Shown: positions 13,291 to 26,500 of the stretch, piece after piece
Layout: each line of letters opens with the position of its first letter
Position numbering within the stretch: position 1 is the stretch's first letter
NCBI RefSeq assembly: GCF_009914755.1
Contig: NC_060926.1
DNA: 64,000 nucleotides
Strand: one strand, 5' to 3'
From: the human T2T-CHM13v2.0 reference genome, Homo sapiens
Notes under the pieces: model-generated
The model's database searches: none
Told to the model about the DNA's origin: nothing
What the model saw: the letters and a program-made list of their open reading frames with translations, nothing else
Made by a program: the position numbers and the translations under genes

Positions 13291-13600
13291 TGTTTGTTTG
13301 TTTGTTTTTGAAGATAGGATCTTACTCTCTCATGCAGGCTGGAGTACAGTGGCATAATCATGGCTCGCTGCAGCCTTAAACTCCTGGGCTAAGAGATCCT
13401 CTCACTGCAGTCCCCTAAATAGCTGGGACTATAGGGTCATGCCACCACACCTGATTAATTTATTTTTAAAAAAAATTATTGTAGAAATAAGGGTCTCACT
13501 ATGTTGGCAAGTTTGGTCTTGAAATCTTGGCTTCAAGCAATCCTTCCACCTTGGCTTCCAAAAGTTCTGGGATTACAGGCATAAACCACCACATCCATCC
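13291..13600 (-). mobile_element. AluJ
   Basis: (TGTT)n tail, ATCATGGCTCGCTGCAGCCTT, GGGTCTCACTATGTTG; degenerate TSD AGCATCACCTTC/AGCATAGCTTTT. Confidence 0.93.
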
Positions 13601-14863
13601 AGCATAGCTTTTCAAATAAATGGTATCGCTGCAACAAGATATCCATAGGCCAAAAAAAAAGTCTTGACCTTAACCTCATGCCTTATGCAAAAGTTAATAT
13701 AAATAAACGTATCTTGTATTTCAACGCAAAATATAAGACTATCTTTTTGTGAAAAGTAGGAGAAAATCTTTGTAACCGCAGTTAGGCAAAGACTTCTTAG
13801 GCTTGACACCAAAAGTACAAAGCATAAAAGGAAAAAACAGTGATAAATTGGACTTCATCAAAATTAAAAACCCTTGCTCCATGAAAAGCCCTCTTAAGAG
13901 AATTGAAAAGATAACCTACAGTCTGGGAAAGAAAGAAATGCAAACCTCTTATTCAAATAAAGATTTTTATCTAAAATATATAAACAACTCAAAAACCTCA
14001 CCAGATAAAAATGAACAATCCAGTCAGAAAATGGGAAAAAATGAATTGAATATATGTTTAACCCAACAGGATATCCAGATGGCAAATAAGCAAGAGAGAT
14101 GTTGCACTTCATTAATCACTAGAAAATAGGAGGTTAAAATCACAATGAGCTATTCTAGCACACCTATCAGAATGGCTAATATTTAAAAATAAAACCATGA
14201 TAATATCAAATGCTGACAGGAATGTGGAGAAATTGAATCATTCATACATTGCTGGTGAGAACATAAAATGATATAGTCATTCTGAAAATTATTTGGCAAT
14301 TACTTATAAAATTAAAATGCTCTTACCATATGACCCAGCAATTGCACTTTCAGGCCTTTGTCTTAGAGAAATGACAATCTAACCTAACACCAAAACCTAA
14401 ATAAATGTTCATAGCAGTTTTATTAATATTCTTCGTATCCAAAATCTAGCAACAATCCTGTCCTTAAATGGCCAATGACTGAATAAACTGTGATTCATAT
14501 GTACCATGGAACACTACTCAGGGATCAAGAAAACAAACTAGTAACATATGGAACAACCTGGAAAAAGCTCAAGGGCACTATGTTAAGTGAAAAAAAAAAG
14601 CCAATCTCAAGGGGTCATATACTGCATGATTCCATTTATATAACGTTTCTAAATGAAAAAAACTTTGTTATAGCCCCAAATTAGAAGTAATTTGATGTCC
14701 TTCAGCATGTGTATAGTAAACCAAGCTATGATACATTCATGCTATAGAATACTACTAAGGAATGAAATGAAAGAAAATATTAATATATGTGAAGCTGAGA
14801 TGAATTATCATTAAATCATGCCGAATGAAAGAAGCCAATCCCAAAAGTTTACCTATTGCATAG

Positions 14864-15238
<375 letters not shown>

Positions 15239-16859
15239 TAGAAATTGATAACAGATTAGTGGCTGCCAAGGAATAGGGACAGGCCAAGGGTTAGGGACAG
15301 ATCAAGGGAGAGATATGGGTATGCTTATAAAAGCTCAATAGAAAAGATCCTCTGAAGAATGGAAATATCTCATATCTTGACTGTACCCATGTCAACATCC
15401 TGGTTGTGATATTGTATTACAGTTTTGCAAGATGTTACTATCAGGAAGAAAAATGGGTAAAGCATTCCTAGGATCTCTCTGATATTTTATTACAACAGGC
15501 TGTGAATCTATAATTAACTCAGTACAAACATATTAAAAAATACAACAGAGAGCTAAACAATATATTTGTACAAATCACTCTCTCTTGCACATTTTTAAAA
15601 GAAATAAAAGCAATAAAAAAATCAATTCTAGAAAAATCAAAATCAACCATGCCTAAATTGTAGAGAATACACTTAAAAATATGAAAAATGATTTCATTTA
15701 AACTAGACAAAACAGATATACCTTAATAAATGTATTCAAACTTACAGTAATTTTAAAGTTGACATGTTTCTTATATTAATAGAATAAAAGTGGCATAGTG
15801 TTATATATTAAATTGAAATAGAAAAGGTTGAATTAGCAGACATTTATTACATTTTAAAATAAAGTCTTAGCTTCGAATAAACCTGACTCTGACAAAAATA
15901 TATTTCCATTTACAGGCAAAACACAAAGTCTATATACATAATTTTTCAACTCAATTCATTTTTAGTGTATTTTTACATCAGTAAGTGTATTTGCATTTTA
16001 ATTGTTTTTATGATAGTCAGCTATACATTTTAAAATCATTTCATTAAACATTTATACATGTTTTTACCTCATCGAAGCAAACTTGTTTTGTTGAAGGACC
16101 TGAAATTTTAACAGATTTTTAAATATATTTGTCAGATATTTCCCCTATGTGAAGATTGCTGCTTTCCACATTTTTGAGATGCTGGAGGTCTTTCTTTCCC
16201 TTCCTCCTTCTTTCCTGACCATCCCTCTATTCCTTCTCCTGCCCTTCCTTTCTTTCTTCTTTGTCAATGTTATTGAAACATGACTTACATTTTAAAATGC
16301 CATTTTCTTGATTGCTTTTCAGAATGAATGTATCTCCATAAGACATTTGCTCATTAATGTGTTCTTTTATTTTTGCTTAATAACCATGCCTCTCCTTTTT
16401 TAATGCTTAAACATAACACATGGGTATGTTAATATTATAAGATACACTAACATATGTTAGTGTGTACTGGTGTGGAGATTTTTTTAAAGAAGAGGCATGA
16501 TTAACACTTTGTGGATATATAGCAAAAGTCCCAAGAGAAATTTCTAGGTGGACTCCACAGAGTCTTTTATGATCTAAGCTACCATTGCCACTTGTGTTGC
16601 CAATCTAATATCAATGTGATTGTTGTCATTGTTGTCTTGGAAACATCTCTAAAAGATAACTCCTTTCATATTTCCTTGAATACATAACGAAGAGCTTACC
16701 TTTGAACAAATACACCTTGCCACCTTCTCAGATCATCTCAGCCAGAAACCTATTTTTTATGATTTTATAGTATTGCATTCATGTCATAACATTCATTCCT
16801 TATCATAGAAGTTAAGAATGTAAGCTGTATTTAACCCCAAATTTGGCAAACTATTATAT

Positions 16860-16995
16860 TTTTGACAAGGGAAACTTAGTCCTTTTGTCTCAGTTTGCTT
16901 ATATATAATAGTAAAGGCTACCTCATAATGCATTTGGAGGATTAAAAGTGTTAAAATATGGAGAACTTTCATAATAGGATTGGAACATAGTGAGA
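16860..16995 (+). mobile_element. MIR
   Basis: TGTCTCAGTTTGCTTAT..TACCTCATA..GAGGATTAAA..GGAACATAGT. Confidence 0.7.
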
Positions 16996-18359
16996 GAAAA
17001 CTAGAGTAACCTTAGTTAAGCAAATTCCCTTATATTAGACCTGTGTGTAAATGCCAGGTCTCTGCTACTATATTTCAAGCTCCTGTAGAGAAGAGACATT
17101 GTTGCAGTTTTATAACTCCAGAGTGACTAATATGTACTTTATGCTCCACAGATACTCACTTTTTATGCAGAAAATATGATTCTTTTCTTAGCATAGTATC
17201 TGATAAGCAGACTACAGATCAACTGTCGCTTCTTCAGAAAGTTCAGAAAGTTCTTCTCTAAAGTAAACCAAACACTATTGTTTTAATCTATGTTTTAATC
17301 ATACATAACACAACTTTATATTTTTCTTTATGTATTTATTATCCTTACACACTGTCTGACATCTTGGATTTGATGTGTACCTAGCACCTGAAGAATATCT
17401 TACACATAGTAGATAATTACTTATTGAATAAATGAATATGATATTAGTTAACTTTATCTTTGTTGTTTTAGAGGCATGTATTTGTCAAGATTCGTTGTCA
17501 TTGCTACTAGTCTTTTAAAAAGTCACTTATCTGTCCTAATAAATCTGTTTGGATATGCTTAATGTGGATTTTTGATCCTTCTATTTATTTTCTAAATGGT
17601 ATGCATATAATTTATTACATTCTATGCTGTAAGGAGTATTTTAAATTGATTTCTTCTATCTATTAGTATTTAATAGAGAAGATGATAATAGCCAAAAAGT
17701 TAACCATATCTTTTGATCATAAATTTCTTAATTCATTTAGGACAAAGTTTATAAGGGCAGTATTCCAAAACCTTTTACTGCAACACACTGAAATTAAAGA
17801 TAAATGCTACAATAATGTTATCTTTCAAAACTTCTTAGAATTATTCTGGGGAAAACTCCTTCACATTTACACAGACGTTTAACAGTTCATTTTAACAGTT
17901 CATTTCCACAAGTCTCATAGGTACTATTTTACTTTCATGGTATGCTTATTTTGATCAAAGGTAGGTCCTGTATCCTACAAAACAAAGACATGACTGAAGG
18001 AAAAAAGAGACTTTTTCTCTGTAAAAAGGGATCAATTATTCTCGCTACAAAGCCATTCTATTTCTAGCAAGTGAGCTCCAGGAGAAACTTCCTCTTGCTA
18101 TTACTCATATAAAGAGAAAAAAGCAACGTAGAATTTTTGACAAATTATAAGAAATTCACAGATCATCCTTATTGTGTCTGCGAAGTATGCTAGTTATTAA
18201 GATGAGGCAGTACAACTGCTTACCAAGGTCCTGAAAGATGTGCTCACCAACCCAGAATAGGAATGGGGCCAGGCTTGGTGAGTTTCTGGCATAAAGAACT
18301 GTGGATGATATCCTAGGCCTTTTTTTTTAAATTGACACTCAAAATAGTACTTGAAGTAA

Positions 18360-18475
18360 TTTAATTTATTTTCCCAGCTTTATTAAATTAGAGTCTACCA
18401 ATAAAAATGTATATATTTAAGATGTGAAACATGATGTTTTGACATACGTATATATTGTGACATGATTAAATTCAC
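18360..18475 (-). mobile_element. L1MA/MB 3' end fragment
   Basis: CAGCTTTATT..AATAAAAATGTATATATTTAAGATGTGAAACATGATGTTTTGA. Confidence 0.7.
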
Positions 18476-19029
18476 GCTGAAAGAAAATTGTGGACTGGCC
18501 TCTATATTAAGGTGGTGGGCATAGATAATACACGGAATTGAATCTGGCAAAATAGAACTGAAAGAGCTTTGAGAGGAAACAAAAAAAATCCAGTGTAGAG
18601 TTCCATGAGATCTCTGAGGGGAATCTTTTAAATTCTATTCTGAGTCTCAGTGTAATTTTTGCAAGGAGAGCTTCTGGATAACTAGGCCTCATGGTGGAAA
18701 CATAAATAATTACAAAATACGAATGTACTAATTTGGTGTGAGGCAAATATAGTTTGGATACTTTTAGTTTCTCTATTTTGTGTGCATATTTAGTCTCATG
18801 TACTTCACTTGCCAGAAATGACTAGAAGAACAGTATTTGGTCACCGGATTGTTGTCAGTAAATGTATGACTTCTGATTAGCACCATACTAGGCATTGATT
18901 AATAATCTCAGGATCCAAACATAGAAGAAACTATAAAAAAGAATTCACCTTTTTAAATCATGCAACCAATTGAATAAAATTACCCAAGGTTATTGATAAT
19001 TGTAACAGACATTTGCCCACTTTTTCTTT

Positions 19030-19140
19030 AAATTATTCAAAATTAACAAGTTGAGTGCCTACTCTGTGTGAGGCACTGTGCTAAGCACCAGAAACAGAGC
19101 AGTTAACATGAAGATTCTTGCTCTCAATCAGCTTAAGGTA
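19030..19140 (-). mobile_element. L2 3' end
   Basis: TTGAGTGCCTACTCTGTGTGAGGCACTGTGCTAAGCAC. Confidence 0.75.
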
Positions 19141-19681
19141 TAACTATAATGAACTTTTTAAAATAAGAACATTAACAGCAATACATTAATACATTCATTA
19201 TTTGCTCATGTAGTGTAATCTTAGTATATCCATGACATAGTCTGAGTGTTAACTACAGAATTAATAATAAATTAGAAAAACCTTAATACCCCTGCTGTTT
19301 TTTTAGAAAATTATGTCTAAAAATAAAATAATAATAATGATTAACCTAGTTTAAGAAATAAAAAACCACATTTAAAAATAAGAAAGGATTTTTTCTTATC
19401 TTCCAATAATGAAGGGTGACTTAAAATAACTGAGGTGAATTCAAGCACTAAGAAATGAAAAATAAAACAGAAAGGGAAGAATGAGCCCTAGTAGCCTTAA
19501 TAGAGGAAGAAACGAGATGGCTACCACAAACGTCAGGCCCCAAGTACTGAAATCAGAGTAAGAACTTCTCATTCAACCTAGCTCCTAGTCTAATTTTTAA
19601 AATAAAAACTAATGCAAAAAAGAAAAAAGTAATGTAAAAGAAAAGAACAAACTTAAAAATGATTTAAATTTATGATGCCAA

Positions 19682-20202
19682 GTAGGAAGTTAAGCCCTGG
19701 AGATTGAGTCATATGGAATGTGTGTAAACTTCTGCTTGTTAGATTATAAATTAACGCTCTTCCTCATTATTCTTGTTCTGTAAGAGACTAGGAGAGATGA
19801 GAGACAAGACCCCCTACTCCTATTCCCGCTTATAATCACCGATCTTTGTTGTAGATTGTCTCTATACCTAACTCAGACCAGATGGCACAAAAGACACAAT
19901 GACTGCTACATTTTCAGTGTGTCATGTTAACTCTAACTTTCTGGGAAAAAAAAAAAAACTCATCTAATCAGATTTTTTAAAGCTATGCATTAAGCTTTAC
20001 ATAGAGCAATGGTGAAATTCTGTCAAGCTTCTTGAAACTTTGTCTATATAAGTGATCCCAAACTTCTATACTTCCTATACTTCAAAACACACGTTTCCAT
20101 TCTTTAAAATCTGTGGTTTCCAGGCAGCCATCCTCAAGTTTGGCACTTGAATAAATATTCTTTCTACTAGAATCTGACCCTTTTGATTAATTTAGGTTGA
20201 CA
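19682..20202 (+). mobile_element. MER34-family ERV1 solo LTR
   Basis: TAACTCAGACCAGATGGC..CTATATAAGTGATCCCAAAC..TCCTCAAGTTTGGCACTTGAATAAA..TTTAGGTTGACA. Confidence 0.75.
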
Positions 20203-21249
20203 CTACAAAGTATCAATTCCAATTTTAATTGAGGAAAATTTCCTTCTAACTGTGAAGCATTTATAGGTTAATTTGAACATACTACCTACCTGCATATTGG
20301 TATTTTTGAACCTTAACTAATTTAAACAAGATCAAATGTTTAACATCAAGATGTATCTCTCCTACTCAGTTGTCTATGTCTGAACTCAGAATCATGAGGT
20401 TCTGCCCCATAAAACTATTTGTTTCTGTTCCAGTAATCAGATTACTGAAGTATTTGGCCCACCTTTTTATAATCACTGAAAGTCAGCAATTTACAGGAAT
20501 GATAATAGCTCAATTCATGAGAAGCCAGTGCTATATGTCAGGGGTTATATGGAAGCAGCATTGCATAGTGTTTATTTGCTTTCAAAAGCAAACCTTTGGA
20601 GAACGAATGTTAAAATCTTAATTTTGCATGTGAGGTTTAAAGGGGTTAGGTGGATGGTGAGGTAACATGGTTACATGATTAGGAAGTGTAACTGAAGGTT
20701 ACATGGTTAGGAAGTGATAAAGCCTAGCCACTGTGTCACAGAACACAAATGGTGACTAGTGAAGGAGATAGACTAACATGGCACATACCTCCTGGGAAAT
20801 AGAGTTAGCATGAAAAAAAGTGTTGTCAGAGATAGTCAATTTTCCCAGAATTCTCAGAATCAGGACAGAAAGACAAGAATTTCAGATAGATAAAATGGGT
20901 ATACAAGGTGTTGGGTCAATTTAACAATGAAAAGTAATTCAAAATGGTAGATCAGAAAATTTAACTAGATAAACGCAATGGAAGAAAGAAAACAAAGCCA
21001 GAAATGATGACCAAGTCTATGGTATGGTGATACTCACTAGAAACTAACAAGTGAACAGGAACATGAATTTGGATTCTAGATATGGGGTTAGGACTCACTC
21101 CCAGGGGGCACAGAGAAATATCAAATATACAAAGTATATTTTTTCTGCTGCAGCCAATTGAGGCAGTCAGGTGGAGTGAAGTAGACTTTTATTTTCCAGA
21201 CTGAGACGCAATGTCTAACAATAAAAAAAAAAGTACTACAAATTCACTA

Positions 21250-22900
21250 AAATAAACTTAGGAAAAAAGATTTAAAACCCTTATTAGAATATAAAATGCC
21301 AGTAGAATGACCTTGATAAATCAAGAGGAGAAGGGCATGATTAGAGAATGAGAGAGGTGAAGATGAACAGAAGCCAGGAGATAAAAATAGGCCAAAATGA
21401 AATAAGAAGTGAGACTCGTGAAATAAGCAAGCATTTTCCAGAAAGTAAAACACAATTGCCAAGTTGTGAAGTATATTGCAGACAGTAAATAAAATAAAAG
21501 TTGCTCTCTCCAAAATCAAATCTAGATGTACAGGACAAACCCAAGACTCTCCACAGAATATAAAAACAGAGAAACTACAACAACAAAAAGAAAGTTGATA
21601 CATGCGGAGGGGCAAGAACTCAGAACTACTAGTAACAGAGACAGGTGTTTCTAAAAAAGAGAAGAACAAATCAAGAACAGTAACTTAAGAACTAATCATA
21701 AGAAATCATTTTCCGACATGAAGTAAAATTTACGTATTCACATCGTGAAACCACTTTTGCAAAAATTATAACAGTGAGAGAAATGTGACATAAGTGACTC
21801 CATCTTTCTTCTAACTTCACAAGCTAACTGCCCTTGTTAAATATAAAACAAAGGTGATAACATGTTCTTCCCAAAACTAGCCTATTCCTTGGTCTGGGAC
21901 CGAAATTACCTTTGTAAGTCTAATGAAACCCCACAAGGTTAGGATTATGGGAGGGGCCTGAATTCTGCTAAATTTATACATAGTTAAACAATAACCAGCC
22001 ATTGTTCCCTAGCTTGCTTTTCTGTAATCCTCTACTGCTCCTGTGTCATGAAGCCAGAGGCCTTTAGATTTGTAACTTCTCCAATTGCTCTTATCACTAT
22101 TGTCAAAACCTAAGATTGCTCTTTGAGACATTTTTCACACTTCTGCATTTGGGCAGATGAGCTGATGCCAACCAGACCCATGACTTATACCAGAAAACTG
22201 GCTCAACCAGTCCTGTGACTCCCACCCAGAAACTGACTGACTCAGTTCACAAAGACAGTTTGGACCCTGTTATAATTTCATCCCCAACCAACCAGCAGCA
22301 CCCATTCCCTGCCCCCTCCCCTCCAAATTATCCTTAAAAACACTACCCTCTTAGCTCTAGAGGAGACAGATTTGAGAAGCGAGTCTCATCCTACCCCTTG
22401 GCTTGGCCTCTGATCATTAAACTCTTTCTTTGCTGAAATACCTGCTGTTCTCAGTGCATTGACTTTTCTGGACATTGGGCAAGATAAACCCATCAGGCTG
22501 TTACAAATGCAAGTATTAATGATGTTTCAGACAAATGGCTTAAAGTAGGTTCTAACCAAGAAAGATAGTTTGGTTTTGTTGTTGTTTTCATTACTGTTAG
22601 TGCTGGAAGAACAAATTACAGTCCTAAGTACGCTGAGACAGTTGAAAATGAAGGTTAAATTTCACACATAAATCAGATTAGATTAAGATTTTTTTTTTGC
22701 AACAGTACAAGCCAAGAGACAATGAATAAATGAACACATTTAGGGAAGAGGTATGTTTGAAGAATCTTACACCAAATCAAATTAAACTGTTGTCCATGTG
22801 GATGGCAACCAGGAAATATTCTCAAATAATGACTCATAAATAGCACTCATCGAACTCATGGAAAGGAATCACTGGAAGATAAATAAGAAAGAGCCAAAGG
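21250..22900 (+). mobile_element. Old L1M/HAL1 ORF1-like region, interrupted by LTR8
   Basis: A-rich sense strand with ACAGGTGTTTCTAAAAAAGAGAA..AAATCATTTTCC; continues after 22505. Confidence 0.45.
21746..22505 (+). mobile_element. LTR8-family (LTR8A/B) ERV1 solo LTR
   Basis: TGAAACCACTTTTGCAAAAATTAT..GACTCCATCTT..ATTAAACTCTTTC..GGGCAAGATAAACCCATCAGGCTGTTACA. Confidence 0.88.
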
Positions 22901-23036
22901 ATAAGTAAATCTTATTTGTTCACATTGGCAAGGCCATACTGCAAGCAAATGTAGCAGTGATTTCTGGAATTAGAATTAATTAAAATAGCAATAAGCCTAA
23001 ACTTATGTAACAAACTGTAAAACTGATTGTAAATAT

Positions 23037-23395
23037 TGTTATAGTCTAAATGTTTTTGTCTCTCCCAAATATAAATTTTGAAGTCCTAGCCCCCATTGTA
23101 ATGGTATTTGGAAATGACACCTTTGGAAATTAGGTTTAGATGAGATCATGAGGGTGGGACTGCCATGACAAAATTAGTGCCCTTATAACAAGAGACACCA
23201 GAGAGATCACCCTCTTTCTCAAGAAGACTCAGCAAGGCAGCCATTTACAAACCAGGAAGAAGGCCCTCACTATAAACAAAACTTGCAGCCTAATTTTGGA
23301 CTGCTAGCCACCAAAACTGTGCAAAACTACATGTCTATTGTTTAGTCCACCAAGTCCATGGTATTTTGCTATGGCAGCTAAAGCTGACTAAGACA
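23037..23395 (+). mobile_element. MLT1A-type MaLR solo LTR
   Basis: TGTTATAG..GCCCTTATAACAAGAGAC..GCTGACTAAGACA; perfect TSD AATAT. Confidence 0.92.
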
Positions 23396-23581
23396 AATAT
23401 CAATATCATTATCCATAAAAAATTATCCTATACATCATTTGAACAACAGTAATCTGAAAATAAAAGAACTATAGATTTTTTTGACATGTTGATGGGGCAT
23501 GAAAGACAGAATTAAATTCATGATAATGAAGGAGTGAAGGGGGTTAGAAAGTCTTAATAGATAGCATTTATATATTTTTTT

Positions 23582-23589
<8 letters not shown>

Positions 23590-23628
<39 letters not shown>
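23590..23628. repeat. (TG)n microsatellite, about 19 units
   Basis: Read directly from the sequence. Confidence 0.98.
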
Positions 23629-23636
<8 letters not shown>

Positions 23637-23898
23637 CATTGGTAATGGACTTAGATAGCCAAACCATTCTTTATTTTTAAATGGAACTGATAAATGTTGA
23701 TAAATGCATATATAGTCAATTTATGAAGCAATATGGAAAGCATCCAAATATTAACTCTTCATACTTAAATACTTGTATAGATTTGTAGATTAACATAATT
23801 GATTAAAAAGCCTGATAAACCAAACTAAGCTAACAAATCAAAGTTACTTCACTAGTGCAAAGGAATTACGGGTGAAAATGAGACCCATAGAAAACATG

Positions 23899-25407
23899 AT
23901 ATAAATGCACTCTTTGTCTTCCTATGTTTGGCTTATTTCACTTAGTAAAATGTTCTCTAATTCCATCCATGTTTTTGCAAAGAACAGAATTTTCTTTTTT
24001 TTTAAGGCATAATAGTATTCCATTGTGTATATGTATCACACTTTACCCATTCATCCATCGATAGACATTTTGGTTGATTCTGTATCTTGGCTATTGTGAG
24101 TAGTGCTGCCGTGAACATGGAAGTGCCCATACCTCTCTGACATGCTGATTTTAAATCTATTGGGTATATACTCAGAAGTGGAGTTTCTGGATCATACAGT
24201 AATTCTATTTTTAGTTTTTTGAGGGACCTTCATACTGTCTTTCATGATGGTTTTACTGATTTACATTTCTACCATCAGTGTGCATGGATTTGTTATAGAA
24301 CTATACTCGGGTCCACTACCTGGTGCACTAAGACCAGATATCCACACCGAGGTTTCTGGAGGAAGAAAGGAAAGCATTTATTTGCAGGGCACCAAGCAAG
24401 GAGGATCAGGCAGCTCACACTTAAGTCTCAATCTTTCCAATGGGCTAGCAGGTAAGGGTTTTTAAAGGCAGGGGTAAATTTCAGGAAAGCAGAGTTGCAG
24501 GAAAAATTATAGATCAACACATAGAGGCTATTGTTTTTGTCCTAAAAGACTGGGATATCTTGAAGCAGGAGCTTACACACCATAGGTAGATTCAAAGATT
24601 TCCTCACTGGCAATTGGTTAAGGAAGATAAGCTTTGTTTGAAAATTTAAGGTCAGCAGACATGTTTTGGCTCATGGCCATGACTTTCTCCAGGCCCTGGA
24701 GGAGGAAATTTAGAACACTGGTGATCAGAGTTTGGTCTTCAGTTACCTCTTTCCTGAGGTCTACATGCTGGTGGACTGCTTTTTGGTGGGGGTCCAGGTT
24801 CTGAAAAACAACTCAGAGAGGAATGGTAAAATGTTATCTTTAGTTTCTATAGGGAACCAAACATCTCACAATTCTAGCTTCCTTCACTATTGTTTTAGGC
24901 CACTATTACATTCTTGTTTATCAAGTTGCTTATTTACTTTTCACGGATAGCTAGTTGACAGCAATTTCCCTTGAAAGAACTCAAAATTTTCCTTTACTTT
25001 CAAGTTTGGTGGAAGCCCACAGGCCCCTAAGACAAGGTCCCTGCTCCATCTCAGGTTCCCTTTACTCCATACCCTTACCGATATTTATTATCTTTTGCCT
25101 TTTACAGTCACTCTGAGAGAAGTGAGCTGACATCACATTACAGTTTTAATGCACATCACATCTTCCTAATGGTTAGTGATTTTGAGAATTTCTTCATGTA
25201 TCTGTTATCCATCCATATGTGTTCTTTTGAGAAATGTTTATTCAAGTTGTTTTCCCATTTCTTAACTGGATTTTTTTTTTTTACTTTCTATGAAGTTGTT
25301 TGAGATTTTTGTATATTTTTGTTATCAAATTCCTTATCAGATATATGCATTGCAATATTTTACCCAATCTAAGATTGTCTGTTCACTCTTAATTATTTCC
25401 TTTGTTG
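23899..25407 (-). mobile_element. Inverted 5' segment of an L1MA element, split by a MER66-like LTR
   Basis: TGGCTTATTTCACTTAG..TGGCTATTGTGAGTAGTGCTGC..TTCTTTTGAGAAATGTTTATTCA. Confidence 0.85.
24291..25053 (-). mobile_element. ERV1 solo LTR, MER66-like
   Basis: Reverse strand begins TGAGATGGAGCAGGGACC..TTAGGGGCCTG; TG..CA ends; 4-bp TSD GATT/GGTT; L1 resumes seamlessly. Confidence 0.75.
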
Positions 25408-25780
25408 TATATATGAAATCTAAAACAATTAAACTCATAGAAGCAGAGAGCAGAATGGTGGTTGCCAAAGGCTAAGGAGTGAGGGTAATGGTGAGATGAT
25501 AGTCAAAGGGTACAGGGCTTAGGTTAGACAGGAGAAATTAATTTTTTTTGGATATGTATTGTACAACATGGTAAGTATAGCTAATAATTGATTTCCATAC
25601 ATTTCAAAATCATTAAGAGAGTAGGTCTGAAATATTCCTATTACAAAAAATGTTAAATACTTGTGATGAATATTTGAATCTTTGATTTAATTATTTCACA
25701 TTATATTTAAAAAGCATAACATCTCTGTGTAACCCATAAATATATACAACTGTAATTTGTCGATGTACAATTAAAAAAAT
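25408..25780 (+). mobile_element. L1MA (about MA5-8) 3' end, non-inverted segment
   Basis: AACTCATAGAAGCAGAGAGCAGAATGGTGGTTGCC..CCCATAAATATATACAA..A-tail. Confidence 0.9.
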
Positions 25781-26189
25781 AAAACATGGAAATGGAAACC
25801 TATTTTTCTGATAGTGATTTCATGACTCGTATGCTGAAATCAGGTGTACCAATATCAGTTATTTTATTACGTAAAAAATGGCTTTGAAAAAGTGCTCAGA
25901 GTCTCTGAGCAAAGGGTATAACACATGAATATATGTCTACCTAACTGCCCGTGACTCTACCAGTCCTAGAGCTGGACATTTGCTATGAGGGCTGTAAAAA
26001 TTTGCATTTTCCATATTTGTTTTATTGTTTGTTCTATCTCAAAAGACTGGTTAACTACCTTTGGGGTTCCCTTTTTTTTCATATTTTTAGGATTTATAAG
26101 AACATCTCCTGTGACATAAGGAGTCTAGACACAAAATATGAAAATTGATGTGACTAAAGATATAGCGTTTACATCTTGCAATATGACAA

Positions 26190-26500
26190 CAATTAACAGA
26201 TGTTTGCCAACTGTGTGTTACTGAGTGTTAAGAACTATAGTAGATATTAAGTAGGATGGATGAACATTAACCAGTTGGTTATTGTCTCAAAGGAGCTCCC
26301 AAATATGGAGAGTGCTGCAATAGCAGCATGTGCCTAGTGTTGTAGCACATGGGAGAGAGTGATGGCTAAGTGTACATGTGAACTTACAATGGTAGAGGAA
26401 GCGTGATGCTGTGGAAAGTGTTGGGCTTAAAGACATAGCCTTACACTGATGCAAGGGAGAAAGGAAGAGCAGAACTGGTAGAGGGAGTAGTAACAAGCAA
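26190..26500 (-). mobile_element. L2 fragment
   Basis: TTACTGAGTG..TGTCTCAAAGGAGCTC, degenerate. Confidence 0.4.

Noticed and set aside
14400-14860. Two similar consecutive L1 3' blocks as a novel duplication
   Set aside because: The blocks are highly diverged, and as I recall a repeated 3' block is intrinsic to L1MC/MD consensus sequences.
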